From assembly GCA_963729685.1 (NCBI GenBank), contig CAVSOX010000018.1, forward strand, positions 80,521 through 144,520: a DNA stretch of 64,000 bases. The letters run 5' to 3'. Positions 56,412 to 64,000 of the stretch are shown piece after piece. A program made the position numbers and the translations under genes. This DNA comes from an uncultured delta proteobacterium. Lineage in GTDB: Bacteria; Desulfobacterota; Syntrophorhabdia; Syntrophorhabdales; WCHB1-27. Position 1 is the first letter of the stretch; each line of letters begins with the position of its first letter. The notes beneath the pieces are model-generated. The model did not search any database, was not told the DNA's origin, and saw only the letters and a program-made list of their open reading frames with translations.

Positions 56412-56475
56412 TTGTCACTCCTGGTTATCACTTCTCCTTGTCACTCCTGGTTGTCGCCCCTCCTTGTCACTTTGA
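56412..56475 (+). repeat. 2.4 tandem copies of a 26-nt unit (iteron-like)
   Basis: ttgtcactcctggttatcacttctcc (56412-56437), ttgtcactcctggttgtcgcccctcc (56438-56463), ttgtcactttga (56464-56475). Confidence 0.8.
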
Positions 56476-56667
56476 CGGGAGAGCATAAAACAGAGAGAAT
56501 AGTGTGACCGGGCAGTCATCTTGCGAGGCCCTGAAGAGATGATATAGCCCGGCCCTTTCGAGCCGGCGTCAGAGCTTTCCGCAAACCGGCGCCGTTCTTT
56601 GACAACTGAAGCTGCAGCCGTGGCCTTAGAAGGGTCCTCTTCCGTTTCGCGATTCGCGTTAACGTCA

Positions 56668-56681
56668 CCCCCCCCCCCCCC
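56668..56681 (+). repeat. homopolymer C14 (G14 on the minus strand), intergenic
   Basis: Counted directly: gtca + 14 C + gaaacc. Confidence 0.85.
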
Positions 56682-57024
56682 GAAACCGTAAACTTTCGTG
56701 CACAATCGTCAACCCCCCTTTAGGAAAGGGTTGCAAGAGAAGGGGATCTAAAGAGTGGAGGTGAGACGGCTCTGTAGAAAATGTGCACTCAAGAGGGTAA
56801 AAAGTGGTTAAAAACGGTGAAAAACGGCAGGAATGACCTGTTTTTGCGCTTGTTTGTGCACAATGCGTCCGGGGCACTTGAGGGCCGCCCGTTAAATCAT
56901 CACTTTTCTAGGGGGCACTGGCACTCGAAGACGCCGGCACGGGTTCTTCTTGACAACCTCGTGATGCGCGGTATAACACAAAAAGACACTTTGAGAAAGC
57001 CAAGTTTGTCCCCTTCTTCTGCTT

Positions 57025-57705
57025 TCAGCTTTTCTTGAGCGTGACGAGAAAGAGCTTCTTTGGAAGGTCACTCTCCTCGAACTCTTCGACACTCACAACC
57101 TCATACCCTCCGGCCAGATGCTCTACTTTCTCCGCGCTGAAGAAGTGGACGATGAATCCGCCTCCGATCTCCCACATATCGTCCCCCCGGTCTATCCCCG
57201 TCCGATAATGAGGGTCTGCGGTATGACGAACCGTGTAGATGTTAAGGCCGCCGGGTTTGAGTACACGCCGTACTTCCTGTGAGAGGAACTCAAGCTCGGG
57301 GGTGGTGAGGGCCATGCAGTAAAGCATGTGCGAGTAACACCCGTCAAAGAGATTGTCGTCGAAGGGGAGGCGCCGGCGCACATCGTGGCGAACCGTCGTC
57401 AGAGAAGAGGCGAGCCCGATTGCATCCGCCTTCTTCTCTATTGCTTGTAAGCCTTCGTCACTATAGTCGAGCGCGTAGACCCGAAAACCCTGCCGCGCAA
57501 AGAACAGTGTATCTCGTCCCTGGCCGCTTCCAAGCTCCAGAATCTTCTTTGCGCCCCCCTTCCCAAAAATCTCGACGGCCTTGAGGGCAGGATAACTCGG
57601 CTCCCTCCCGAACATATCGACATTCTCGGTGTACATCTTTTCCCAGTGACGCTGCTGGCCGTTCAATACTTCTCTCTCTATGTCCTGATTGTTCACGACA
57701 TCCAC
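57025..57705 (-). CDS. class I SAM-dependent methyltransferase
   Basis: ILELGSGQGRDTLFFARQGFRVYALDYS and LKPGGLNIY. Confidence 0.8.
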   Translation of the reverse strand: MDVVNNQDIEREVLNGQQRHWEKMYTENVDMFGREPSYPALKAVEIFGKGGAKKILELGSGQGRDTLFFARQGFRVYALDYSDEGLQAIEKKADAIGLASSLTTVRHDVRRRLPFDDNLFDGCYSHMLYCMALTTPELEFLSQEVRRVLKPGGLNIYTVRHTADPHYRTGIDRGDDMWEIGGGFIVHFFSAEKVEHLAGGYEVVSVEEFEESDLPKKLFLVTLKKS

Positions 57706-57725
57706 CCTACCGGACGCTTCTCTTG

Positions 57726-58151
57726 TCAGATTGATTGAGGAGTAATCTCCTCCACGGCAAAAATAGTGCCTGTTTCGAAGAATATCTCACGCGGCGCGTC
57801 CGGACCTGTCTCGCTAAGCTGTCTTATGCGGGTGAGGTTCGCGTCTTTCTCTCCGTGTGTTACCTCGGGGTTATCAAAAACCCAGCGGGGAAAACCGGCG
57901 AAACTTGTTACCTGCATGCTGTTGAGATTGACAACCTGGACCACAATAGTTCCTGTTTCTTCGTACCATCCGACCATGACGACGTTCGGAGCCACTTCAC
58001 GGCTCTTGGTGACCTGATAGGCCCTCCTGCTGCCGAAGGGTCCACTCACGACCTCGTAGCTTATGTTCTCCTCGCTCTCATAGGTGACGTGGTATTCCCA
58101 TCCGTGTTCGTACCGGTACTTGATCTTCTTGCCGACCAGGGCGTGTGGCAT
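57726..58151 (-). CDS. phenolic acid decarboxylase (PadC)-like lipocalin-fold protein
   Basis: ATG at 58151 (GGGAGG upstream) gives MPHALVGKKIKYRYEHGWEYHVTYESEENISYEVVSG...VGWYEETGTIVVQVVNLNS...FPRWVFDNPEVT. Resembles PadC from memory. Confidence 0.65.
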   Translation of the reverse strand: MPHALVGKKIKYRYEHGWEYHVTYESEENISYEVVSGPFGSRRAYQVTKSREVAPNVVMVGWYEETGTIVVQVVNLNSMQVTSFAGFPRWVFDNPEVTHGEKDANLTRIRQLSETGPDAPREIFFETGTIFAVEEITPQSI

Positions 58152-58279
58152 AATTGTTTCCTCCCTCTTTGCTGCCGGCTCATACGTCACGGTTCCGCAA
58201 TCACCGATTGTAACACATGCTATCGGCTCCGTCGAGCAGAAGAAACGTTGGGGACGGCAAGCAAGCCGGAAGGCCCGTT

Positions 58280-58928
58280 CTAGGCGACCTTGATACGCGC
58301 GTCGCAGACGGCGACCCCGTCCGATGAGACGAATACGGGGTTCAGGTCCATTTCTATGATGGAAGGACACCTTTCCGCGAGCTTCGAGACCTGAAGAAGC
58401 AGCACTTCGACGGCGGCGACATCGACCTTCTGGCCCCTCGGCCGCGAGAGGACGGCCGACCCCTTGAGGTCCTCCATCATCTCCTTCGCGTCCCAGGGCG
58501 CCAGCGGGATCAGCCTGAAGGAGACCTCAGCCAGCGCCTCCACGAAGATGCCGCCCAGACCGAACATGAGCACCTGTCCGAATTGTGGGTCCTCCATGGT
58601 GCCGACGATGAGCTCGATTCCCGACCCTTGCCGCTGCACGATCACGCCGTCCAGCCTATCTCTCCGGGTATCGGGAGGAAAAGGAGGCGACGATGTCCGC
58701 GAAGGCGTCCCTCACCTCTTTTTCGTCCTTCAGGAGCGTCCTTATGCCCCCGGTCTCCGTCTTGTGAACCACGTCGGGGGAGGAGACCTTCAAGGCCACG
58801 GGGAAGCCGATCTCGCGGGCGGCCTCCGCGGCGTGGTCGGCGTCCACGGCCAGGGTATTTCGGAGCACGGGTAGTCCCTCGCGGGCGAGAAAATCGAGAG
58901 CGTCCATTCCGAGTAACAGTTTTTCCAC
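58280..58928 (-). CDS. ADP-forming acetyl-CoA synthetase beta subunit (ATP-grasp), frameshifted near 58660
   Basis: GTG at 58928 gives VEKLLLGMDALDFLAREGLPVL...IGFPVALKVSSPDVVHKTETGGI (ORF 58656..58928). Continues DRLDGVIVQRQGSGIELIVGTMEDPQFG (ORF 58280..58645). Confidence 0.75.
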
Positions 58929-58931
58929 GAT

Positions 58932-60333
58932 TTACCTCGGCTGGAGAGAGAGCACATGTGCCCCCCACAGGTTGCGCATCGCCTTCGCGGCCCGTTCCGG
59001 GGTGGGAAGGACCGCGAGACCCTTTTTCCTGTCCAGCTTCCTGACGTGCTTCGTCCCAAATACCCGGCGGAGCACTGAAGATAACGACGACGGGTTTCTT
59101 AAAAGGCTTGCTCTCCCTCATGTACTCTTCCATCGCGGCTGCCAGTCCCAGGTTTGCCGACGCGTAAATGGCGAGGAAGAGCACGCCGTCCGTTGCCTCG
59201 TCGTCAACCACCGCGTTCAGGATCTCAATCATGTTCTTCGGGTTGTACCAGGCAGGGCCCATGTCGACCGGGTTCGTGCGGATGGCGACAGGGGGAAGGA
59301 TGGCGTTGATCCTTTCCTGGGTGGCCGGGCAGAAGCGGGCAAGCGAGAGACCCTCGGCTTCGAGGGCGTCCGCTGCGATTATCCCCGGGCCCGCCTGGCC
59401 CGAGAGGACGGCGATGCGCCCGCCTTCGGCCAGGGCGCACGAGTCGAGCACCTTGGCCGTATCGATCATTTCCTCCACGGATGTGACCTCGAGGATGCGC
59501 GATTGGCGGAGCGCCCCTCTCCAGACCGGATGGCTCCCGGCGAGAGATCCCGTATGGAACCGACTCGCGCTGTCGCCCTTCTCGCTCCGACCCGCCTTAT
59601 ATGCGATGATGGGCTTTTTCCCGCTCAATGAGCGCGCAAGGTCAAGGAGCCTCCTCGGCTCTGCGACGCCCTCGATGTAGAGGGCTATGACCCTCGTCGC
59701 CCCGTCCTCTTCGGCGAAGAACCGGAGGGCCTCAGCGAAGCCCACATTGACGCGGTTCCCGAGGCTCATGAGGGCGGAGACGCCCACCCTCTGTTCGATG
59801 GCCAAGAAACCGCACAAATGGCAGACGCCGCCGCTCTGGCTTATGAGCGCGACGCCACCCTTTTCGAGGAGCGAGAACTCCGAGGTGAACGAGGCGTTCA
59901 CTCCGCCTGTAAGGTTAACGAAGCCGAAGGTGTTCGGGCCGATGATCGGCATCTCGTAAAGGCCGGCGATGCCCGTGATCTCATTCTGCAGGTCCTCGCC
60001 GCTCGCGTCCTCTATCTCCTTAAAACCGGCGGTGATGAGGACGACGCCCTTGACCCCCTTTCTCCCGCAGCGGTGGAGCGTCTCAGGGACTTGCGCCGCG
60101 GGTACCACGACGACGGCCAGGTCCACCTCCCCGGATATGTCGTCGAGGGAAGGGTACGCCTCTATGTCCCAGATCTTTGCGGCCTTGGGGTTTACGGGAT
60201 ATATCCGGACCGACGAAGGGCTGCCCACGAGGCTCTTCATCACGTGGTAGCCGAGCTTGTCGAAGTTGTCGGAGGCTCCGATGACCGCGACGGATGCAGG
60301 ATAGAAAAGGTGCTTCAGCTTTTCCGCTATCAT
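58932..60333 (-). CDS. ADP-forming acetyl-CoA synthetase alpha subunit (CoA-binding/ligase-CoA), frameshifted near 59047
   Basis: ATG at 60333 gives MIAEKLKHLFYPASVAVIGAS...GPNTFGF...SQSGG...HTGSLAG in ORF 58642..60381. After GIWDEA the frame shifts to RKLDRKKGLAVLPTPERAAKAMRNLWG, ending at TAA 58932-58934. Confidence 0.8.
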
Positions 60334-60412
60334 CCTCCCCCTTTTTCCAGCCCGCTTCAAGTGTAGCAGTAGACTTCGCAAAAATCCAGCGCGATCTTGC
60401 CCTTCCTTATCA

Positions 60413-60444
60413 AGGCCCCCGCCGGTAATGGCCGGCGGGGGCCT
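60413..60444. terminator. 13-bp GC-rich hairpin between the PNPOx gene and acdA
   Basis: aggcccccgccgg / taatgg / ccggcgggggcct. The T-tract (tctttt) is only on the plus strand. Confidence 0.4.
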
Positions 60445-60511
60445 GGTCTTTTGACCGTTTGGGCGCTCTTCAAGGTTCGCTGGGTCTTTCCGGTCTTTGA
60501 AGAAGGTGGGT

Positions 60512-60949
60512 TCAGGGCACCCACACCTCGGCCGGTGAACGGTCCATTTTGCAATATTCGATCCGGTATGGGGTAAACCTGCAGACGACGTAATTCGGGT
60601 CGTCGGGACCGGAAAAGATGTTTTTCAGGTAGTCGGTCCACACGGCCTTCTTGGCTGCGGCGTCCGTCAGGATCTCCGCCCTGGCCTGGACCTGCAGATA
60701 GGACTCGGCGGTTTCCATATCCTTGGCGCCGGTCGTCAGGTGAACTTCAGGGTTCTTGCGGATTTCCCCCACTTTGCGGAAACCGGCAAAGGTAGCGCCC
60801 CATATGGTCAGGTGCTCATCCGCAGATAGTATCATGTAGCGTACCCATGGTTTACCCTCCTCGGTTACGGTCGCCACGGCACACAGGGTAGGGCCGGTCA
60901 GTTTAGCCAGAATCTTTTCTTTGAGTCCCTTGGGTGATGAGTCGGTCAT
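60512..60949 (-). CDS. pyridoxamine 5'-phosphate oxidase family (FMN-binding split-barrel) protein
   Basis: ORF 60512..60949. CAVATVTEEGKPWVRYM pattern. AAGGAGGAG upstream. Confidence 0.75.
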   Translation of the reverse strand: MTDSSPKGLKEKILAKLTGPTLCAVATVTEEGKPWVRYMILSADEHLTIWGATFAGFRKVGEIRKNPEVHLTTGAKDMETAESYLQVQARAEILTDAAAKKAVWTDYLKNIFSGPDDPNYVVCRFTPYRIEYCKMDRSPAEVWVP

Positions 60950-61025
60950 TTGTCTCCTCCTTGTTTGTTATGGTGTAGCAGTGACTTCGAACAAGTTCTC
61001 CTATGGGCGACGGTCATCACCGGGC

Positions 61026-61045
61026 AATAGACCGGTCTACTATTT
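61026..61045. promoter_or_regulatory. operator-like site (palindromic core tagaccggtcta), downstream of tetR and upstream of the PNPOx gene
   Basis: The reverse complement aaatagtagaccggtctatt shares its first 16 nt with 61717-61736. Confidence 0.4.
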
Positions 61046-61091
61046 AACCGTCAACAATGCGCAGATGCCTCACCTCCTTCGCGTGCTTTCA

Positions 61092-61673
61092 TCACTGTTT
61101 CAATACATGATCAAATATGAATCTGATGTGATTCTCAAGCGGTTCCGAGGCCTTTACTGCCTTCATGTGGATAAGTGCTCCGTGCCAGCTTGAAACGATA
61201 AAGCGGGCGGTGTCATGGATATCCAGGTCCCGGGGGATTTCCCCCGCCTCTTGCGCGAGCGCGAGCGCATCGGCATAGATGTTCACCAACGAATCGAGTG
61301 CGTACTTCAGCTTTTCCCGAAAGGCGGGACTTAAGTCACCCATTTCCTGAGACAGGTTGCCTATCGGGCAGCCGTACCCGTAGCCCTTTGCCTTGAAGAG
61401 TTCAATGAATCCGGTCAGCAATTTTCTGATCCTTTCCAACGGCGGCACCGAGTGATCGCCCAGAACCCCTCCAGCCACGAGGGCCATGTAATCCACAAAG
61501 TAGTCAATGACCTGTAGTCCGAAATCTTCCTTGCTCTCGAAGTAGTTGTAGAACGAACCCTTTGGCACCTGTGCGGCATGGAGTATCTCCTTGATGCCGG
61601 TGTTGTTGAACCCCTTCAGATGTATGATCTCGGCGCCGATCTCGATGAGTCTGCTCTTGGTGTTATCCCGCAT
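61092..61673 (-). CDS. TetR/AcrR-family transcriptional regulator
   Basis: N-terminal HTH RLIEIGAEIIHLKGFNNTGIKEILHAAQVPKGSFYNYFESKE. Confidence 0.85.
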   Translation of the reverse strand: MRDNTKSRLIEIGAEIIHLKGFNNTGIKEILHAAQVPKGSFYNYFESKEDFGLQVIDYFVDYMALVAGGVLGDHSVPPLERIRKLLTGFIELFKAKGYGYGCPIGNLSQEMGDLSPAFREKLKYALDSLVNIYADALALAQEAGEIPRDLDIHDTARFIVSSWHGALIHMKAVKASEPLENHIRFIFDHVLKQ

Positions 61674-61716
61674 ATGACATCCCTTTAGGTGTTGTTGATC
61701 AGTCGGATGGTTGCCA

Positions 61717-61736
61717 AATAGTAGACCGGTCGTCTC
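61717..61736. promoter_or_regulatory. operator-like site upstream of tetR
   Basis: aaatagtagaccggtcgtct, 44 nt upstream of the tetR start. Confidence 0.4.
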
Positions 61737-61881
61737 ATCGTGTCAAGTAAAAAAATCATTCTGAAAGGGAGCGTTGATTTACGCAGTTTCGGCCAAGGGG
61801 CGTGCCGATCCGGACCCAACAAAGATCGAGAAGATCTTCAGTTCTTCAGTTTTGAGCAAGGCGTGAGGATCTCATCAGAGA

Positions 61882-62217
61882 CTATTTGTTTCGGAAAAAC
61901 TCGTATGCCTGGATGATTGCTTTAGTTTTCCTCTCCGCGATTTCTTGAAATTCTATTCCCAGGTGCTGCACCTTGTCCGGGTGATATTTCGCGAGGAGAT
62001 CCTTATATTTCTTCCTGATAGCCGCCGGGCTATCTTTGTCCGTGACCCCTAAAATCCGTCGACACTCCTCTTCTGTCGTCACGTTGTCCCGGTTGTGGTC
62101 CTGCCAGCCGCCTCTTCCACTTCTTCGATATATCTCTTCCTTGAGCATTCTTTTGATGTAATGGAAGATGAAGTAGCCCACTACGATAAGGATGAGGGAT
62201 GTCGCAAAACGCATCAT
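61882..62217 (-). CDS. membrane-anchored J-domain (DnaJ-like) protein
   Basis: N-terminal TM SLILIVVGYFIFHYI. J-domain ILGVTDKDSPAAIRKKYKDLLAKYHPDK. Confidence 0.8.
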   Translation of the reverse strand: MMRFATSLILIVVGYFIFHYIKRMLKEEIYRRSGRGGWQDHNRDNVTTEEECRRILGVTDKDSPAAIRKKYKDLLAKYHPDKVQHLGIEFQEIAERKTKAIIQAYEFFRNK

Positions 62218-62339
62218 CGGCCTTTTCCCGAAATGGTTACACCGTTTCTGTCAATCCAACGAATAATGACGTGGTGCCGGGCGGGAGATTTCGCGTCGCC
62301 TTCGGGAAAAGCGGGAGAACGCGACGGAAGAGCCTCGGT

Positions 62340-62849
62340 TTATCCATCGAGAGAGTGGCCACCCGTCATGAACATCCACGATGCAGGGTCGGTCAGGTAT
62401 TCAATCGAGTCGAGGAGCGTGAGCGCATGCCCTCTCTCCTCGTAGGAAAGGGCCAGGTAAAAGCGTTTCTCGAAGCGGTCGCTCGTGTCCGCGGCAAGGC
62501 TTTCGTAGTATTCGATGCTCTTGTTCTCCATTTCAAGACCGAATTCGAGCGCCTTTAGATCGTCCTTGGATGCTTTCGCCTTCTTCACAAGGCCTTCCTT
62601 GAAGACTTTCTCGATCTTCCCTGACGGCCCGATCTCCGTCACCCATCGTATCAAAGGCCTATCTGCCTGGAGGTCGTCACAGATCTTCCTGATCACGTCG
62701 ATGTGCTTGTCCTCAGCGGCAGCAAGCTCTTCGAAGATCTTTTTCGCGAGTGTGCTCGCTACTTTTTGCGCCGACTCGATATAGAACTGTTTCCCTTCCC
62801 TCTCCATCTCGATTGCCCGCAATAAGGCATCTTTACCCTTTGTCTCCAT
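62340..62849 (-). CDS. rubrerythrin/ferritin-like diiron-motif protein
   Basis: Paired E...ExxH motifs: EMEREG...AAAEDKH and LEMENKS...SYEERGH. Confidence 0.7.
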   Translation of the reverse strand: METKGKDALLRAIEMEREGKQFYIESAQKVASTLAKKIFEELAAAEDKHIDVIRKICDDLQADRPLIRWVTEIGPSGKIEKVFKEGLVKKAKASKDDLKALEFGLEMENKSIEYYESLAADTSDRFEKRFYLALSYEERGHALTLLDSIEYLTDPASWMFMTGGHSLDG

Positions 62850-63034
62850 ACGCCCCCTTCTCTCTATTTTTCAGTCTTCCGGTCTCAGATAGAGCGTCAT
62901 CTGATTCATTAAATTATAGCCGGCGCATTTTGTCAATATCTTTGCAGGTCCCGGTGGAGGTGTGACTTGGGTCCTGGAAAGGGACGAGCCATTCCTGTCC
63001 CGGCTCTTGGGGGACGGTAGAGACGGAAAATTCC

Positions 63035-63406
63035 GTGATTATTACTTTGACGAAAAGTGAGGAAGATCGTATGCTACGGATTGAAAAAAGGTCACATGAA
63101 CGAAGGAGAAGCAAAATGAATAAAGCCGACGAATCTTCTATTAGATCGGAAATGATAAAAGGCGTCGTTCTATCTCAGTTAGCCATAATAAAAACCCTGA
63201 TGGGCGCAGGGATAATATCGAAGAAAGATATACACAGTGCATTAGGTGCCTTCATAGATTCGATAGTCGAGAATTACCCTGACGCCATTATGATCTTAGA
63301 GCCGATAAGAGCATTGCAGGATGGCGTTTCTCTATTGTGGGACGACGATACCGCTTCATTCCTTAATAGCGATGTGTGGCTTTCCGATTTCATCGGGAGG
63401 GCTTAA
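63035..63406 (+). CDS. hypothetical protein (start uncertain; ATG at 63117 also possible)
   Basis: ORF track only. No family recognised. Confidence 0.4.
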   Translation: MIITLTKSEEDRMLRIEKRSHERRRSKMNKADESSIRSEMIKGVVLSQLAIIKTLMGAGIISKKDIHSALGAFIDSIVENYPDAIMILEPIRALQDGVSLLWDDDTASFLNSDVWLSDFIGRA

Positions 63407-63497
63407 GTAAGCGATACTCACTGCAGGAGGGGTCTTTTTCGATCAGGACGACAGGACCGATTTGTCCCGTTCCAGGGGCAAACAGCGAGGAGGAGGC

Positions 63498-64000
63498 ATG
63501 AGCCGTTGTCCCTGGCCGGGTAATGACCGGTTGATGATCTCGTACCACGACTCGGAGTGGGGCGCTCCGCTTCACGATGACCGGGCCTTGTTTGAATTCC
63601 TCGTGCTCGACGGCTTTCAGGCCGGGTTAAGCTGGAAAAGCGTGCTTCACAAAAGGGACGCCTTGCGTCGTGCTTTCGGCGGGTTCGACCCGGAGATCGT
63701 GGTCCGCTTTTCGGAAGGTCACCTTGAGCTGCTGCTGCAAGACCCGGAGATCATCAGGAACCGGGCCAAGGTGCGGGCCGCCGTGACCAACGCCAGGGCG
63801 TTTCTGGAAGTTCGCGACGAGTTTGGCAGCTTCGATCGCTTTATCTGGAGGTTTACCGGCGGCAGACCGCTCATCAACCGATGGGAGACTCTGTCGCAAG
63901 TGCCCGCCCGCTCGGAGGAGTCCGAGCGCATGGCCGGAGAGCTCGTGCAACGGCGTTTCAAGTTTGTGGGCGGCGTGATCTGCTACGCTTTTATGCAGGC
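63498..64000 (+). CDS. tag: DNA-3-methyladenine glycosylase I (Tag), 3' end beyond the window
   Basis: Own translation from ATG at 63498 (AGGAGG upstream): MSRCPWPGNDRLMISYHDSEWGAPLHDDRALFEFLVLDGFQAGLSWKSVLHKRDALRRAF...FKFVGGVICYAFMQ. Not in the ORF track because it is open-ended. Confidence 0.85.
   Translation, partial: MSRCPWPGNDRLMISYHDSEWGAPLHDDRALFEFLVLDGFQAGLSWKSVLHKRDALRRAFGGFDPEIVVRFSEGHLELLLQDPEIIRNRAKVRAAVTNARAFLEVRDEFGSFDRFIWRFTGGRPLINRWETLSQVPARSEESERMAGELVQRRFKFVGGVICYAFMQ

Noticed and set aside
56412-56475. CRISPR array (also considered for 52030-52630).
   Set aside because: The repeats are directly tandem with no spacers. There are only 2.4 units in one case, the other lies inside a coding region, and no cas genes are in the window.
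56950-56978. Near-consensus plus-strand promoter, TTGACA-16 nt-TATAAC.
   Set aside because: It points into the 3' end of a minus-strand methyltransferase gene with no plus-strand ORF or recognisable RNA downstream. It could drive an antisense RNA, but there is no supporting evidence.
2250-59050. Programmed ribosomal frameshifting or other recoding as the cause of the split genes.
   Set aside because: There are too many sites, in unrelated housekeeping genes, with no slippery heptamers or downstream structures. Several lie at short homopolymers or occur in mutually compensating clusters, which is the signature of assembly indels.

Overview
High-GC bacterial chromosomal window, probably from an uncultured anaerobe (taxon not assignable from the sequence alone). 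It is densely coded and largely organised in operons.

Left to right:
- Minus strand: liv-type branched-chain amino-acid ABC transporter, then a Tat-less reductive-dehalogenase-like protein, an aminotransferase and an exported protein.
- Plus strand: folate-dependent histidine-utilisation cluster (hutU, glutamate formimidoyltransferase, hutI, cyclodeaminase).
- Minus strand: complete Pho regulon block (phoB-phoR-pstSCAB-phoU).
- A mixed accessory stretch: DinB, methyltransferases, MazEF, flavodoxin, tRNA-Glu and tRNA-Lys, LonC-like protease, TlpA-like redoxin, ADP-forming acetyl-CoA synthetase, PBP1A.
- A 13-gene complex I operon (35.2-49.7 kb).
- A visibly lower-GC island-like region (about 50-57 kb, judged by eye): a glutamine-rich tandem-repeat secreted protein plus an SH3 lipoprotein, IS remnants, several toxin-antitoxin/MNT modules, iteron-like repeats and a C14 tract.
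- More accessory genes: methyltransferase, PAD-like protein, split acdAB, PNPOx, TetR, J-domain protein, rubrerythrin-like protein, Tag.

Most notable observations:
1. The complex I operon has no nuoE/nuoF. That slot holds a fusion of the NuoF Fe-S domain with a GltD-like flavoprotein (SfrB-like), next to a NuoG/SfrA-like subunit.
2. A family of about 52-nt palindromic REP-like elements sits exactly at gene junctions, with a compensatory stem substitution between copies. One copy is flanked by a 39-nt duplication of the pstB 3' end.
3. An operon encodes a secreted Q/A/R/E repeat protein (39-bp tandem repeats) and a lipoprotein, just past a tRNA-like 3' fragment at the island edge.
4. There are at least 25 apparent frameshifts in otherwise well-conserved genes, often at short homopolymers and sometimes in compensating clusters. 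I read most of these as assembly indels rather than biology.

All calls come from reading the ORF track and the raw sequence. No searches were run.
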